DNA from: Azolla caroliniana
Lineage: Eukaryota > Plantae > Polypodiophyta
Direction of reading: 5' to 3'
NCBI GenBank assembly: GCA_043228905.1
Contig: JBHGNT010000011.1
Coordinates: forward strand, 19,220,001 to 19,284,000
DNA: 64,000 nucleotides
Below, piece after piece: positions 1 through 12,400 of the stretch. The translations under genes and the position numbers were made by a program. The notes under the pieces were generated by a model, which was not told where the DNA came from, did not search any database, and worked only from the letters and a program-made list of their open reading frames with translations. How positions within the stretch are numbered: the first letter of the stretch is position 1; every line of letters begins with the position of its first letter.

Positions 1-1755
1 TAGGCTCAGGATGGTTTCTTAATACTAATAGTATCTTTCTAGGGGAAAAAATGGTTGGATATTTGCTATGATTGGTGAATGAAGAAGGAAACTCATGCAT
101 GATCTTCACCTGAAAAGAAAGAATCATAAAAACACGTTAGTTATACCATGTTAACGTATTTGGTAGGGCAAGAGCTTATGAACATACATGCAATAATTTT
201 GTAGACTATATCAATATGTTGCTAATATTATGTTGGACGACATGTTTGCTTTTTTATTATGCCTCTCAATTAAAGTGGAACTTGTCTTTCTACAATTCGT
301 AGTAAAAATGTGTTGTCTCAACTCAGTTGATCCCTTTGGTCGATAGATGAATCAATTTAGTATTAATTAATACAAAATGCTCGAATATGTTTAGGTTTCT
401 GAAAGATAGAAGTCACAAAGTCTCTAGTAACATAGAAAAAGTGCATTCCGATGTGAAGAGAATATGTTATCGTGCCGTACAACACTAATACAAGATCTAT
501 CTGACTTTCACACATTTTGATGCATACTAAAAATATTGCCATTTTCAAGATCTAATATTTGGAATGCCATCATTAAATGATTATGAAAAGGACTTTGTTA
601 TAATTCCATCAGTATGTTCATTGCTATGTACATTTACATGTTTATGCGATAAAGGATGAAATATCAATCAAGTAAGGGACGCCATTAATAATTAACTATA
701 GGATTGTTTTGGCAAGGCCCTCATTTATTCTAGACAATAATAACAAGTTTTTATCAATGATTGGTTTGAAAATATTGTACATTCTCAACATAAAAGTTTG
801 TGTAGGTGATTCCATTACTATCGGAATGGTGAGATTTTCAAAGATTGGGTTATAAGATAAAGAGAGTTACTTTCTGTAGTCCATAAGCTCAGCATAACAT
901 AATTAGCCTATGAGGTTTAATATAGTGGAATCGAAACATGTCGGGAAATAGGCAATACACGTAAAGTAAAGTGGTATTATTCCCTCGAATTATACAAGCA
1001 ATATATGTTTTGACAGCTTTTCATATGTATTGTGTCCATAGAGTATTTAACAAATTTGATGATGAAATGATGGTAACTCTTCATATTCCAAAAGTCACAA
1101 CATTTGTCACATTTCTATTAAAAATGTTAAATGTTTGAAGGTACTTCTAATAGAGCTGAATGAAGATATGAGGATCAATAAAATGCTAGTAAAGTTGAAG
1201 TAGAAAAAGACGTGGTCAAGAGGTAAATGGGGATTATTGCCCATTATATTGTCACAAGGACAAGGAATATGTAATGTAATAAGTAATAAGACAAGGAGTC
1301 TATACATTATGCCATTACACAATAATGGACTTATTGTCATGGTATTTTATAAAAGGATGGGTTTCCTAACTTCTAATGGTGGATATCATCATGAACTCTC
1401 ATTGTTTGATGAAGCCTTGTTGGTGGGTTCACTCATGGATATGTGGAATAGATTTCAAATACTAGCTCATGTGTGGACAAAATAGCATCTTAATCATCTA
1501 TCAATATCAATGCTTATTGATTGCCAACAAGTGATGGACTTGGTGATAGTTAAGATACATAAGGACAAAGTGTCTATATGAGGGCGAAAAGGCACAACTT
1601 CCGGGACATGTGGCTTTTCTACAAAGTAAATTATAAAAGGTGTTCGACTTCAAAAACAAGAGTTAAGCTATTAGATAGATCTAGAGAGGGTACTACATTA
1701 CTAGAGTGTGAGAATATTAAAGAGGAAGTCACATATACAAGGAAGAGGTTGAGAG

Positions 1756-2070
1756 ATGGAATATAACAAAGTTTCTAAGGAAAACCAAGAAGGGGAGAAA
1801 ATGAACATCATGATGAGATCAGTGACACCAAGGAGAGGGAGTGTGAAGCGAGATGTAGTGGGAAAGCTTATGCGCAATATGTCTTACAATTTGTTGTGTA
1901 TTCCTAGCAAGAGCTCAAGTTCAAGTTCAAATAGTAACCGTGGAAGCTCCTCTTATTCTTCTTCTTCTCCTCTTCTAGATATATCTAATCCTTCTTTTGC
2001 AACCTTCCTTTCAATCTCACCTCCAAATAATTCGCCCAATGTGATCCACAATCACCACCGTCTTAATTAA
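1756..2070 (+). CDS. Possible small uncharacterised plant protein (PRRGxVK motif followed by Ser-rich tail)
   Basis: 104-aa ATG ORF. TPRRGSVKRDVV resembles the P(K/R)RG(Q/S)(I/V)K motif I recall from short uncharacterised plant proteins; no other support. Confidence 0.3.
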   Translation: MEYNKVSKENQEGEKMNIMMRSVTPRRGSVKRDVVGKLMRNMSYNLLCIPSKSSSSSSNSNRGSSSYSSSSPLLDISNPSFATFLSISPPNNSPNVIHNHHRLN

Positions 2071-2229
2071 TGCATGACACACACCTTGACCATATCATAT
2101 CCTATCAACAACTCTTTAGATAGTAGAAAATTGACATTTGTGTTGATTTTAAATGCATGGTTACCCTTCCATTTGCTTGTTTGCTAGTTTTTTCGAAGCC
2201 AAGTTAATTGTTATGGTCAAGTTGAATCT

Positions 2230-2409
2230 CTTTTTTTTTCCAAAACAAAATATCCTTCCATTAGTTTTCAAAAAACTATCATGTACAAACTACAAAATAG
2301 ATGGAAAAGAAGAGAAAAAAGACTATCCCAATGGCTAGCCATGAACCCTTCATTTAACTAAGATCCAAGTCAACATCTAATTTGATTTCAGTATGACTAC
2401 CCATTCTCC
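2230..2409 (-). mobile_element. Short non-LTR retroelement insertion (5'-truncated LINE or SINE)
   Basis: Poly(A) tail on the minus strand (T run 2231-2239). Perfect 18-bp TSD TATGGTCAAGTTGAATCT at 2212-2229 and 2410-2427. Second similar copy at about 26225-26372. Confidence 0.8.
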
Positions 2410-3520
2410 TATGGTCAAGTTGAATCTTTTCTTTTGTAACTCATCATATTTCCTAGAGTTTTAACCCAAGATAATGCAAAAGCCATATCACTAGCTATGA
2501 AGAATTTCAGTTGACAATTTGTTGACTCTTCTTTGTAGGACGAATATTGGAACACAATGAATATTTATATAAACATGTGCAATGAGACTAAAATAGAGTG
2601 TCATGATATCAACTAGTCTAGCTTTCTAAGCCTTAACATATATAAAGGTAAATTGTGATGATGAAGTATAAAAATTAATCAATATAGAGACTTCGGAAAT
2701 TTTAGAAATTGGTTGTTAAATTGGAGCACGATATTTAAAGTTAGTGAATACAATTGTAAACCTAAAATTTGACTCTCTTGCATGTTCATGTTGGTATGTC
2801 ACCCATTGCTAATAATATTGATTGTTTATCTTGGTTGTTTGATTTGTATGTACATATATCTATGATAATTCATGATTCCTACCTTTCTATGTATATTAAT
2901 TATTTCTTCTTTAGATTACATTACTTAGGCCGTTCTTCATTTTGTTAAAGTCATATCAATACATGCTATTTTAAATTAGGAGTTGCTCTCCAAATATAGA
3001 ACATACAATCATCTGATTTATCCTAAGTACTATAATTCTAAAGGCTAAACTTACATGTTTGCCAATGGTCTAAACCTAAAGGAAAGAGAGAATAGTGCTA
3101 TATCTTCATGAGACCAAAGGGCTTACAAATCAAGTATGCATGTATCGGTAAATGAGAGACAAGGGGAGGGGGAAGAAGGAAGAATGAGTTGAGAGTGACA
3201 TTTATGTAAGGTTCACAAGCCAACATGTTCGTCATTTGGATTGGTGTGTCGGTTGTAAGCTCTTAGGATTTAGATCCCAAACAAATCCAAACTTCGTTGT
3301 AAATTAGTGTTGGTGGTGTGGGTCCCTTTGAGATCCAAATTCCACTATAAGTTAGTCATTGTGGTATTTTTTTGGCGTAACAAAAGTTAAGTTACAGAGA
3401 AAAAAAGAATGAGTTAAGAACTCTCAAGAGGTTGTATATTGTCTATAATGTTCCGATATAAATACGATAATGTATGATGCAATTATATCAAGGTAGATCA
3501 TTAAAACATAATGTGTTGTG

Positions 3521-3589
3521 TATAGTCTTTTTGTAAAAATCTCTCTGAACTAATGGGAAAGTAGCTCCTTTTATGGGGAAATAATAATA
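3521..3589 (+). mobile_element. About 70-bp extreme 3' fragment of the LINE family at 4039-6097 and 30037-39755
   Basis: Matches the LINE 3' end (TATAGTCTTT..GTAA..ATC..AACTAATGGGAAAGTAGCT). (ATA)n tail. 13-bp TSD ATAATGTGTTGTG at 3508-3520 and 3590-3602. Confidence 0.8.
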
Positions 3590-4038
3590 ATAATGTGTTG
3601 TGATATATCTAATAACATGTCATGGATGTCATGATGATTATAATATGACGATACATATAGTAATATGGCATTCAGATGTCAAGATGATCAAATATGATGG
3701 ACACAATAAGTTATGCATATTGTATATCATATCTTTCTCCTTTCTCCATCAACTTATTTTGCAAAGTTTAGATGCATCCAAAGAGTGAGTGATTAAAAAT
3801 TTCATGTCACAAAGTCTTGATGATATTCTATGCTACTTTCAATGACATCTTATATCATCATCTAAATTGGCTTGCCATTCTTAAATCGTGAACTAATTGG
3901 GTTTACATGATAATGTTTTGTCGTTTTAGGAATCATGTTGTGGCTTTGCATGTATGCCAAGCACATATATCTATACCTCCCATTGAATCTCCATAATCAT
4001 GAAAAGGGTATTTTTTGAGCTAATCATGACACTATCTT

Positions 4039-6097
4039 AACCATGGGATAAAGGGGGACTTGGCCTCATAGACTCCTTATGCAGAGCCGAGCATTGCTAG
4101 CCAAAATGGTGGTTCGCTGCCTCTTGCAAGGTAAGGAGTGTTGGAAGATACTCCTTCGCAATAGGTTGCAAGCAGGGACTCCAAGGGTACGAGCAGCCTT
4201 GGCCTGGTGTTGCACGAATAGAGTCCCACCCAAAATGGCATGTCATGCAGAGGATAGGGTAACGAACTCTATCTTGCGGGCACGGTGTCACATGCGACAC
4301 CATTTGGTCATGCATTCCATAGAGACACTAATTGAATGGACTAGAAAACCATTATTTTGGAATCCTCAAGTGCGAACAAGTGATGACATAATGTCAAGGC
4401 AACTTAAGAGCCTAGCGTGGGGAAAGATGGTGTAGACAAGGCTCCATTCTATAGGTGATTGAAGACGCATGGTAGCTCCAAGAGGAGCACAGGAGGACCC
4501 ATTCCCTCCCCTCAAGGGAACTATGAAAACAAGGAGATTGATAGCAGAGGCAGTTGACAAGGTTCCGGTGGCGGATGTGAGAGGAGATACATGGTTTGGT
4601 CTCTTTGATGAGGTTGGAATGGTTATTTGTTGAAGGGCTTGAGGGGATCTAGAGGAGCTGCATTATTTGGGGAGACCCATAGCAGGGGCACTTGGCACCC
4701 AATCCGAGTGGTGGTGCAGGCTAGTAAGAAATGGAAGACAAACCCTAATGTTGCTAAGGTGGAACCCCACTGGAATCGATCTCTTTGATGAGGTTGGAAC
4801 GGTTAATTTGTTGAAGGGCTTGAGCGGATCTAGAGGAGCTACATTATTAGGGGAGAGCCACAACAGGGGCACTTGGCACCCAATCTGAGTGATGGTGCAG
4901 GCTGGTAAGAAATGGAAGACGAACCGTGATGTTGCTAAGGTGGAACCCCACTGGAAGTTGTGGGTCTACGATTGTCTCCCCCTCATGGAACTAAGAACAG
5001 AACCCAGGGGATTTCATGTGGAAACACGGCGGCAAACGGGCCACGACATCACTTCTTCGATTACAACACTAAATTGGGTCGGGCTATACAAATGCAATTG
5101 GACAGTCCCCTATGCAATTGTTGACGAACATTGGGCATCCTTGACAAGGTGCTTAGTACCTTTTGGAAGGGTCTCTGGCATCTCCACGTGCCTGAAAAGA
5201 TCAAGCTATTTTGGTGGCAGATCGGCCATAACGTGGTTCCCGTTAGTGAATGGATAGGTAAACGTGGTGGCTCAATAGCTTCCCCATTCTGTTCTTCACC
5301 TATTGAGACTCTAAGACATTGTTTGTGGGATTGCCCTCAAGTTCAAAGGGTATGGGATAGAGTGACTCGCCTCCTAGCTGCATGCAAAGTGGAAGGAACA
5401 ACATTGTGGAGCGCAACGGCTTTGATCGATCTCGTGCTTGATAGCAGAACTAACACCTTCGATGCAGACAGTTGGTGCTATGAATGCACATGAGGTAAAC
5501 TCGTCAAGACCCGATTTGAGAGAGGCTTGAAGACCACATCCCCTTGGTTCTGGGAGATTTGGATGTTGATCGCAAGCTTCAACCTGTGGTATGTATGGAA
5601 AGCATGTTGCCTAAAGGTCTTCTAAGATTTGGTACGCCCCCGGAGAAATTTATTATAAATATATGGTTCGCGATTATCAGTTGCCTACGAGGGTAATTGG
5701 ATGAGGTTTGGGGCCACTCCAACGACGTGGTCACTATTCGTTTGGGATTTTTGGCAAAAATTGCGAAACACATTGATGGTGACGAAAGGCGGAAACAACC
5801 CGAGGAGGAACTACCAACCCTCGTGCTGATTGTTTCCTACTCACCTCCCACCCTCCCTTCTTTGTAGGCCATATGATCCGACTCGTACTAGCGGGTGATG
5901 AAGGTCACTAGTTTATAGCTATAGGTACATACTTACATTAAGTAGTTAGTTTGAAAGGATATGTACGTAGCCCAATATTCTTGAACTCGGTCGGAGGGTG
6001 ATTCCCCAATTTATGTATAAGCCACCTTGTATAGTCTTTATGTAATAATCTCTCCTAACTAATGTGAAAGTAGCTTCTTTTTGGGAAATTTTAAAAA
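4039..6097 (+). mobile_element. 5'-truncated, degenerate L1-type LINE (ORF2 C-terminus with zf-RVT-like region and 3'UTR)
   Basis: KGGLGLID and PEKIKLFWWQIGHN..CPFC-like..ETLRHCLWDCP motifs in broken frames. Homologous to the minus-strand LINE at 30-36 kb. A-rich tail. TSD AATCATGACAC(T/A)ATCTT at 4022-4038 and 6098-6114. Internal 180-bp tandem duplication starting at 4601 and 4781. Confidence 0.9.
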
Positions 6098-6114
6098 AAT
6101 CATGACACAATCTT

Positions 6115-6575
6115 TGTTAGAGACTATTTCTAATATAACCATGAAATAAGGAAATCAATGATAGGTAGATAAGAGAAGAGAGAGAAAGAAGGGTAATGAT
6201 CCACTTGACCATCCCCGAGCGAAGGGATCGAGACAAACTCGAGCCTTGAACGGCGTCCCATACTACCGCCATAGCATCAAGTCATACTTGGTATTGGTAT
6301 TGATGTGCCCGCTACAAGAGTCTGTTCACCACAAAATCACATTCTCAACGTAGTCGAATAAGGTGACTAATGAGGGTAGCTATCCTCATATTTATAGCTT
6401 GACCTAAGGCCCTCATGCAAGTTCACACTTGGCCCTTATGGATCGTCTCAATTCCTAGAATTAAAAGTACTCCTCCCTTCTTTACACTCTCAATTAACCC
6501 TCACACTTTTATCCTTGTGTGTAGAATAATACGGTTCAATCTACAACGTGATAAATTATGGTCATGCTTGTAACA
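6115..6575. mobile_element. Solo LTR (461 bp)
   Basis: TGTTA...TAACA termini with a 5-bp TSD ATCTT at 6110-6114 and 6576-6580. Contains TATTTATAG (TATA-like on the minus strand). Confidence 0.7.
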
Positions 6576-9500
6576 ATCTTCCAACTCATCAAGAGTGTCT
6601 ATTTCAAATATTAGGGTTTTCCTAAATTGAAATGTTTAAAGGAATTGCCCAATCAATGGTCTATGGGTGCAATAACAAGTTAGATGAAAATCTCGACATT
6701 GTTCACAACAGTGTCGCGTGCAATGTTTAAATGACAATTAGGTGATCTAGTTAGATTATAATTAAATCATTAATAAATTAATAAACCAACATAATTGCAT
6801 TTCCCGCACTTGTATTTCACATGCATCATTTGAGTATATTGCACATGCATGGATTTGTTGCAAACCCCGACACATGCATCGCATGCCTTTGTCACCATTT
6901 GCATTGCAACACGATCAATGTGTTTTGTCATCAATATGAGGTATATTTTTATTAGTGAATTTACCGTATGACACAATACCTACACCCTAGAAGAATCACT
7001 CCAAGTTGAATCAGGTACATATTCTAGTTAAAATTATCTCATGTTGACTTTATCTCCTCACAATGGTTCATAAATGATGATGCAAGAAAAACTTCTACTT
7101 CCCCCAAAATTCAACGTCTTTAAATCTATAGCTTCATTTTCTTCTTGCTTAGTATTATGAAGGTCTAATAGTTCATCAGGATTAGGATTGTTCATCCTAT
7201 GTAGTTGGAAACATTATATGCAAAACCATACAGACAAACCCTAAACGATAACTTTAATGGATTTAAGTGTAGGATAAGTGGGAAATCAATTATCCTAGGA
7301 CTTGAGACAACCTATATGGATCTAGGACACATGGGAACAAATAGCAATTTAGAAATCTAAAGAATTAAACTATATAAAATGGACTAGCTTTCCCTTCTAG
7401 AAGACATCTCAAAGGTGTTGTAGAGACTATTGGTGAGGCAAGTCTTGAGTACTTTGGATCCATTATTTGGTGTAATAGAGACTATATTTGATGGTATGAA
7501 AATGTGATGGGGTTTTGTATTTTCTCTTTCCCTTTGATTAGAGATAGTTGATGTGGTTAAGCGCCCTTGATTAGTCCTTTCTTTAATCATTATAATCAAT
7601 TGTTGGTCATTAGTACACAATCCTAAAGACTAAACATGCATGTAGAGGAAGAAATAATTGTGTGTGCCTTTTGTTTTCAAAGGTATAGTTTCCTATCCAA
7701 TCAAAACCTTTTTTCCTTTCCTCTTCCTCTTCATCTATGTGAAGTAATACGAACAATCTACGCATTCAAGAGTTTGTCAAAGCACAATGTCTGAATCCAA
7801 CGGAGCACACATAAATTTTGAAAAGAACAAGACATGCATGCAATGCAAAAAGCTTCATCTTTAATAATATGACTATGCATTCAATATCCAAAATTAAGTA
7901 CATGCATATGTTAGTTTGGTGGCAAAACTTGGTATTACATTTAGCTTTTGTTAAAGTTTAGGTCATGCACATGGAAAAGGATTTACAATATTGAAATGGA
8001 TTGAAATGGAAAGAATGCTGGTTTTACAAAAGCCAATGCTAATGACAAAGTTAACACCATCTAAAAAACTATAAGTAACACCGTAAGTACAAATAAGAAC
8101 GAAAAATATAAAAATGTTGTCGTTACGCATTATTAGATACCCTAGTAGACTATCTAGCAAATCATTGCTTATTGGAAAAATTACATGCATATAAAAATCC
8201 TTGCTTAGTGAAAAAACTGCATATATGTATACATTTGTATTAAAATGATGTTGCAATAGCAAACCTCATGCTTTACAACCGTAAAGGTTGCAGCTCTTGG
8301 ATGAAAGGGTTTTGTTCCATTAATTTTTACCTTCAAATTTGGCATGCTGAAAACTTGTCTCTTAAATTGGATTTCCAAATCACTTTCGGTGACTGAAGGG
8401 TGGAAACAAACATTATTATCACTTAAGCTATTGCTAATAAAAGGAATTGAACATTATTGATAGGTACAAATCTTAAGCAATTCCTGAGGTGCAAAAAACA
8501 TAACATGAAAACACTGCCTAAACATGTCATATATTAAGAAAGGCATGCATAAATTGAGAAATGCTCGTAAAAGTTTGTGATTTGCACCCTTAAAGGTGTA
8601 ATGGGTTCAAATCTTCATTGATCAGCTTTTTTATAAATTTCGTTTGAGATCATTAACTAAGAGTTTGCTCAAGTTAAACCAGATGAGATACTAAAAACAT
8701 TCATCAAGTTGTCATCATAATACCCATCTCAGAAAATGATTTCATATCCATATATCTAGGTCTTTGTAAACCTAGCAATATGCATGTTCTGCAGAAAAGG
8801 TAAGAACAAATAAAGCCCTTTTGGGAATACTGTATTCATTTTCTAGGGATTTTTCAAACTCTTTACCCAGCTTTATCTTTGTTGTGTTCAATAGCTTGAG
8901 TTTGATATCGATGCACACTTCTCAAAGTGAAAGCCATAATTACATTTCTTGGGCCACTTACCCATTTCCTTTCTAGACAGAATTTTGCTGAGGGGAATCC
9001 CATATACCATAACTATGATTATCATTGAAGACTAAACTAATCATGTTCAGTAAACTTGAACAAATAATCAAGTTGTTGGAAGCATTATTTAGCCTTCCAC
9101 CTCCTCCCTCTCAAGGGATTATGTCACTGGAACAAACACTAAAAATTAGTTTGTTAGGTTAAGACTTAACCATAAGCAATGCTTCTGCAAACCATATGAT
9201 TGAATGATCTTCACATGCTTATAACCTTCAAACCATTGGTTTGAAACATTAGAAACACATCACTAGAAGAAGCACATAACATATAGATGCTAGAATAAAT
9301 AACCACTTATAATAACATGTCAGCATGACTGACAGTGGATAGACTCCCTTCCTATAATTTCTTACTTGGACTCTTTGGGTGTGATTGAAATCAGTCAGTG
9401 CAATCTTGCTTTAGATTTAACAAAAATTAACTTTTGATAGAAATAACAGGAATATAATGTTAAAAAATAAATTTTACTGCTCACTAATGTTAAAAAAGTG

Positions 9501-10191
9501 AGTTTTAAGTCTTTCAGTCCTTCATGATAAGTTATTCACAACTGCCAACCTGTTTAGGGATTGTCAAAAAGGCCAGAGCAACATCAATGAGCACCAATAT
9601 CCATTATTAATCTCGAGAAAACAAGTCGTTTGCTGATAAACTAGTTTTTGTGAGCTTCCATGAAACATAGTTTGGGAACATGATTGAAATCGAATGTAAA
9701 GGAAATATCTGTAAATGATCACTTTATGTCAATAGCATGGCATAACAGGTTTTATGAAAATGAGACATACAAGGCTGAGACTTACAGGTTATGTTGAAAT
9801 ACTAATTCTTCCATGCGATAAGGTGATGGATTCTTTGTCCATTCATGTGATCAATAAAAGCCATACAAATTCAGCTTAAGTTTCAAAGGGTTTTAACCAT
9901 TTTTATGATAGAACAGATGATCAGTCATCTCGTGGTTCATGTAGCCATATTATCCAATTTTAAGATTGATGAATGGATGCATCAATCAAATAAATAATAA
10001 ATGCATCATTTACATCAAAAGCATGGATTGTGACGAATGCATCGATTAACAAAATCGATGAGAAAGAAAGGCATCAACATTGCCATCACCCTGGTCATCA
10101 TTATGAAGAGATGAATTCATCGACTAAAATGCATCACCATCCTCATCATAAAAAAGCACATTTGGGTATCTATATTTCTGTATTATTTTTT

Positions 10192-11286
10192 TTAAGAATC
10201 GAATTGCACATAACCTATCTCTGTTTCACTAATGGGCGCTGGGACTCTTTTCGGGTTCTTCTCACCATGGAGTTGGGAAGGTCCATTTTTCTTGAAAACA
10301 AATGCCATATAGATATAGGCAGCATCCCACTCATCACTGGAGATTGAACTCTTCGAGAACCCATCCCCGAGAGCTCCCAATTTCCTCATAAGCTCCGCAA
10401 ATTCGGGATTCTTAACATGTTCATGAACAAACTCGTGGAAATTCTTCTTATAGACGAGCTCCAAACTATACTCCTCAGCAAGGGCTTTCAAGACATGGAA
10501 GGGAACGAGCCATTCAGGGCAATCAACAGCATCTTCAAGATGGAACTCATATTGAATGCCGAAGGGTTCAGAGGTTGGGAACCTCTTGGCTTGGTAATAC
10601 TCATCAAACTTGATGCTGTAGCAAGAGTTGCCAAACTCAAGGCCAGCGGATTCTCGGAGCTTGCGGACAATGACATTGGCATCAGGAAGTGTGCCGATGA
10701 AGAAACCACCAGGTTTTAAGACTGCTGATGCGTTGCGCAGGGCAAGGCGGGCACGATGCTCACTGACCCATGAGTAGTGGAGCGCGAATTGGCAGCTACA
10801 GATGTCAAAAGGGGCTTCCTCATCAAGAATCTCATCCAATGATACAGCAAAGCAGTCGGCACAGATGAGGCGTGCTGGGAACGAGAAAGTGCCCATCTTC
10901 TTCTTCTTCATGGTGTTGTTCCCCGCGTCATCACCATTGTACCTAATCCTTGCATCCTCAATCGATCCTTCGGCTATGTCCAGACCTAGATAATATCCTA
11001 TCTTGGCTTTATCCCACTTGATAAGATCCCCTCCCTTCCCACATGCTATGTCTATCACATAATCTCCTTTCTTTGTGTATGTCTGCACCAACACGCTCTT
11101 GATCCAATTATTGAGCTTCTTCAGGTGAATGATTGGGCTTGACTCTCTCTCCTCCAGTGTCTGGTTTGATCTGTTGCTGTAATGCTCTGCGATCTGCTGT
11201 TGATGGTGGTACTCTGATGATTCGTCATCAGCTAAGCGAGGCCTCGTGGGCGCAGGCAGTAAGGGTTCTTGAAGGGATCGCTTCAT
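10192..11286 (-). CDS. RNMT: mRNA cap guanine-N7 methyltransferase (RNMT/ABD1 family), intronless
   Basis: 364-aa ORF with SPIIHLKKLNNWIKSVL, SAM-binding VIDIACGKGGDLIKW, CSCQFALHY, LKPGGFFIGT and AVDCPEWLV motifs. Confidence 0.95.
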   Translation of the reverse strand: MKRSLQEPLLPAPTRPRLADDESSEYHHQQQIAEHYSNRSNQTLEERESSPIIHLKKLNNWIKSVLVQTYTKKGDYVIDIACGKGGDLIKWDKAKIGYYLGLDIAEGSIEDARIRYNGDDAGNNTMKKKKMGTFSFPARLICADCFAVSLDEILDEEAPFDICSCQFALHYSWVSEHRARLALRNASAVLKPGGFFIGTLPDANVIVRKLRESAGLEFGNSCYSIKFDEYYQAKRFPTSEPFGIQYEFHLEDAVDCPEWLVPFHVLKALAEEYSLELVYKKNFHEFVHEHVKNPEFAELMRKLGALGDGFSKSSISSDEWDAAYIYMAFVFKKNGPSQLHGEKNPKRVPAPISETEIGYVQFDS

Positions 11287-11382
11287 CGTCTCTGCGCATG
11301 CGCACAGAAGAAATCCTAACCCTAATCACAGGCTTTAGTGCGCTAAATTACACTTCTGATACATGTCTATACGTATAAAGGT

Positions 11383-11727
11383 ATGCAATGTACATACATA
11401 CTGATACATAGTATGTATGAATGAATGTACATACATACATGTATGTATGTATGTATGTATGTATGTATGTATGTATGTATGTATGTATGTATGTATGTAT
11501 GTATGTATGTATGTATGTTTGTATGTTTGTATGTTTGTATGCATGCATGTATGTATGTTTGTATGTTTGTATGCATGTGTGTTGTATGTACATATGCATG
11601 CATGCATGCATGCATGCATGTATGTATGTTTGTATGCATGTGTGTACGTATGTACATATGCATGCATGTACGTACATATGTATGGTATGTATCTATGTGT
11701 CTATGTGTCTATGTAAATATGTATGTA
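11383..11727. repeat. (TATG)n/(CATG)n compound microsatellite
   Basis: Long perfect TATG run at about 11440-11518 with degenerate TATG/CATG/TTTG flanks. It explains the spurious HTYI/MYVC ORFs. Confidence 0.95.
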
Positions 11728-12049
11728 GACTATGATGTAACAACGTAAGCTGAAACTCAGAAACATTGTCTATGGGACTGCATTGAGTCTCGACTGGTAT
11801 GGCAACACCTCCTCCTAATGATATTTGCTAACCACTTTCCCCCAATCGGTATTCACATGGGACATGGTGATTTGATCATCACTTGTCCACGCTATTTTTC
11901 ATTATTAACCCCAAATCTATGGACCACGGTTTTCACACTAACTCTCGAAGTGTTCGTGTACTTCCATTAGTGTCTATGTGGTTTTTAGGGATGAGGACGG
12001 AAGTGTAACCATTATGGGAGATATTGAGTAGTACTACCACATATTACAT

Positions 12050-12400
12050 CAGGAAGGCTCGATTCTTTCTCGTTTTTCATCAAGTTAGAGCCTCACCAAC
12101 TAATTTGGTAAAGAATATATTGGTTGGACATGGTTCATACTTTGAAGGGTTAATGGGATTGTATTATTGGAGATTATGACAATAAAGTTGCTCAATGTCA
12201 TTGATTTCTTGCTTTGTGGAAAGCTACTCAACTTATTTCCTCGAAGGATTGCCACCAAGATGGTTGTTCCCTCTGCCGATTGCTTAGGAATCAAAACTAT
12301 GTAATTTACTTACAGTAATGAATGGATATCTTCTTCTTCTTTTAAAACACTGCAAGTGTATTCTCGAGGCAAACTGTTTTTAGATTCGCAAGAAGACAAA
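12050..12400 (-). mobile_element. Highly degenerate Copia gag-like remnant
   Basis: Minus-strand translation near 12325-12380 gives NSLPREY..VLKEEE, similar to the Copia gag LxSLPxxY..LxEEE pattern. Weak. Confidence 0.25.

Noticed and set aside
1-1500. Possible decayed DNA-transposase sequence
   Set aside because: Looks like eroded coding DNA, but I could not identify a diagnostic motif or termini.
7000-7650. Possible retroelement gag/ORF1 remnant on the minus strand
   Set aside because: No convincing motif recovered.
11335-11748. Six overlapping 100-aa ORFs (HTYI/MYVC repeats)
   Set aside because: Artefacts of the TATG microsatellite.
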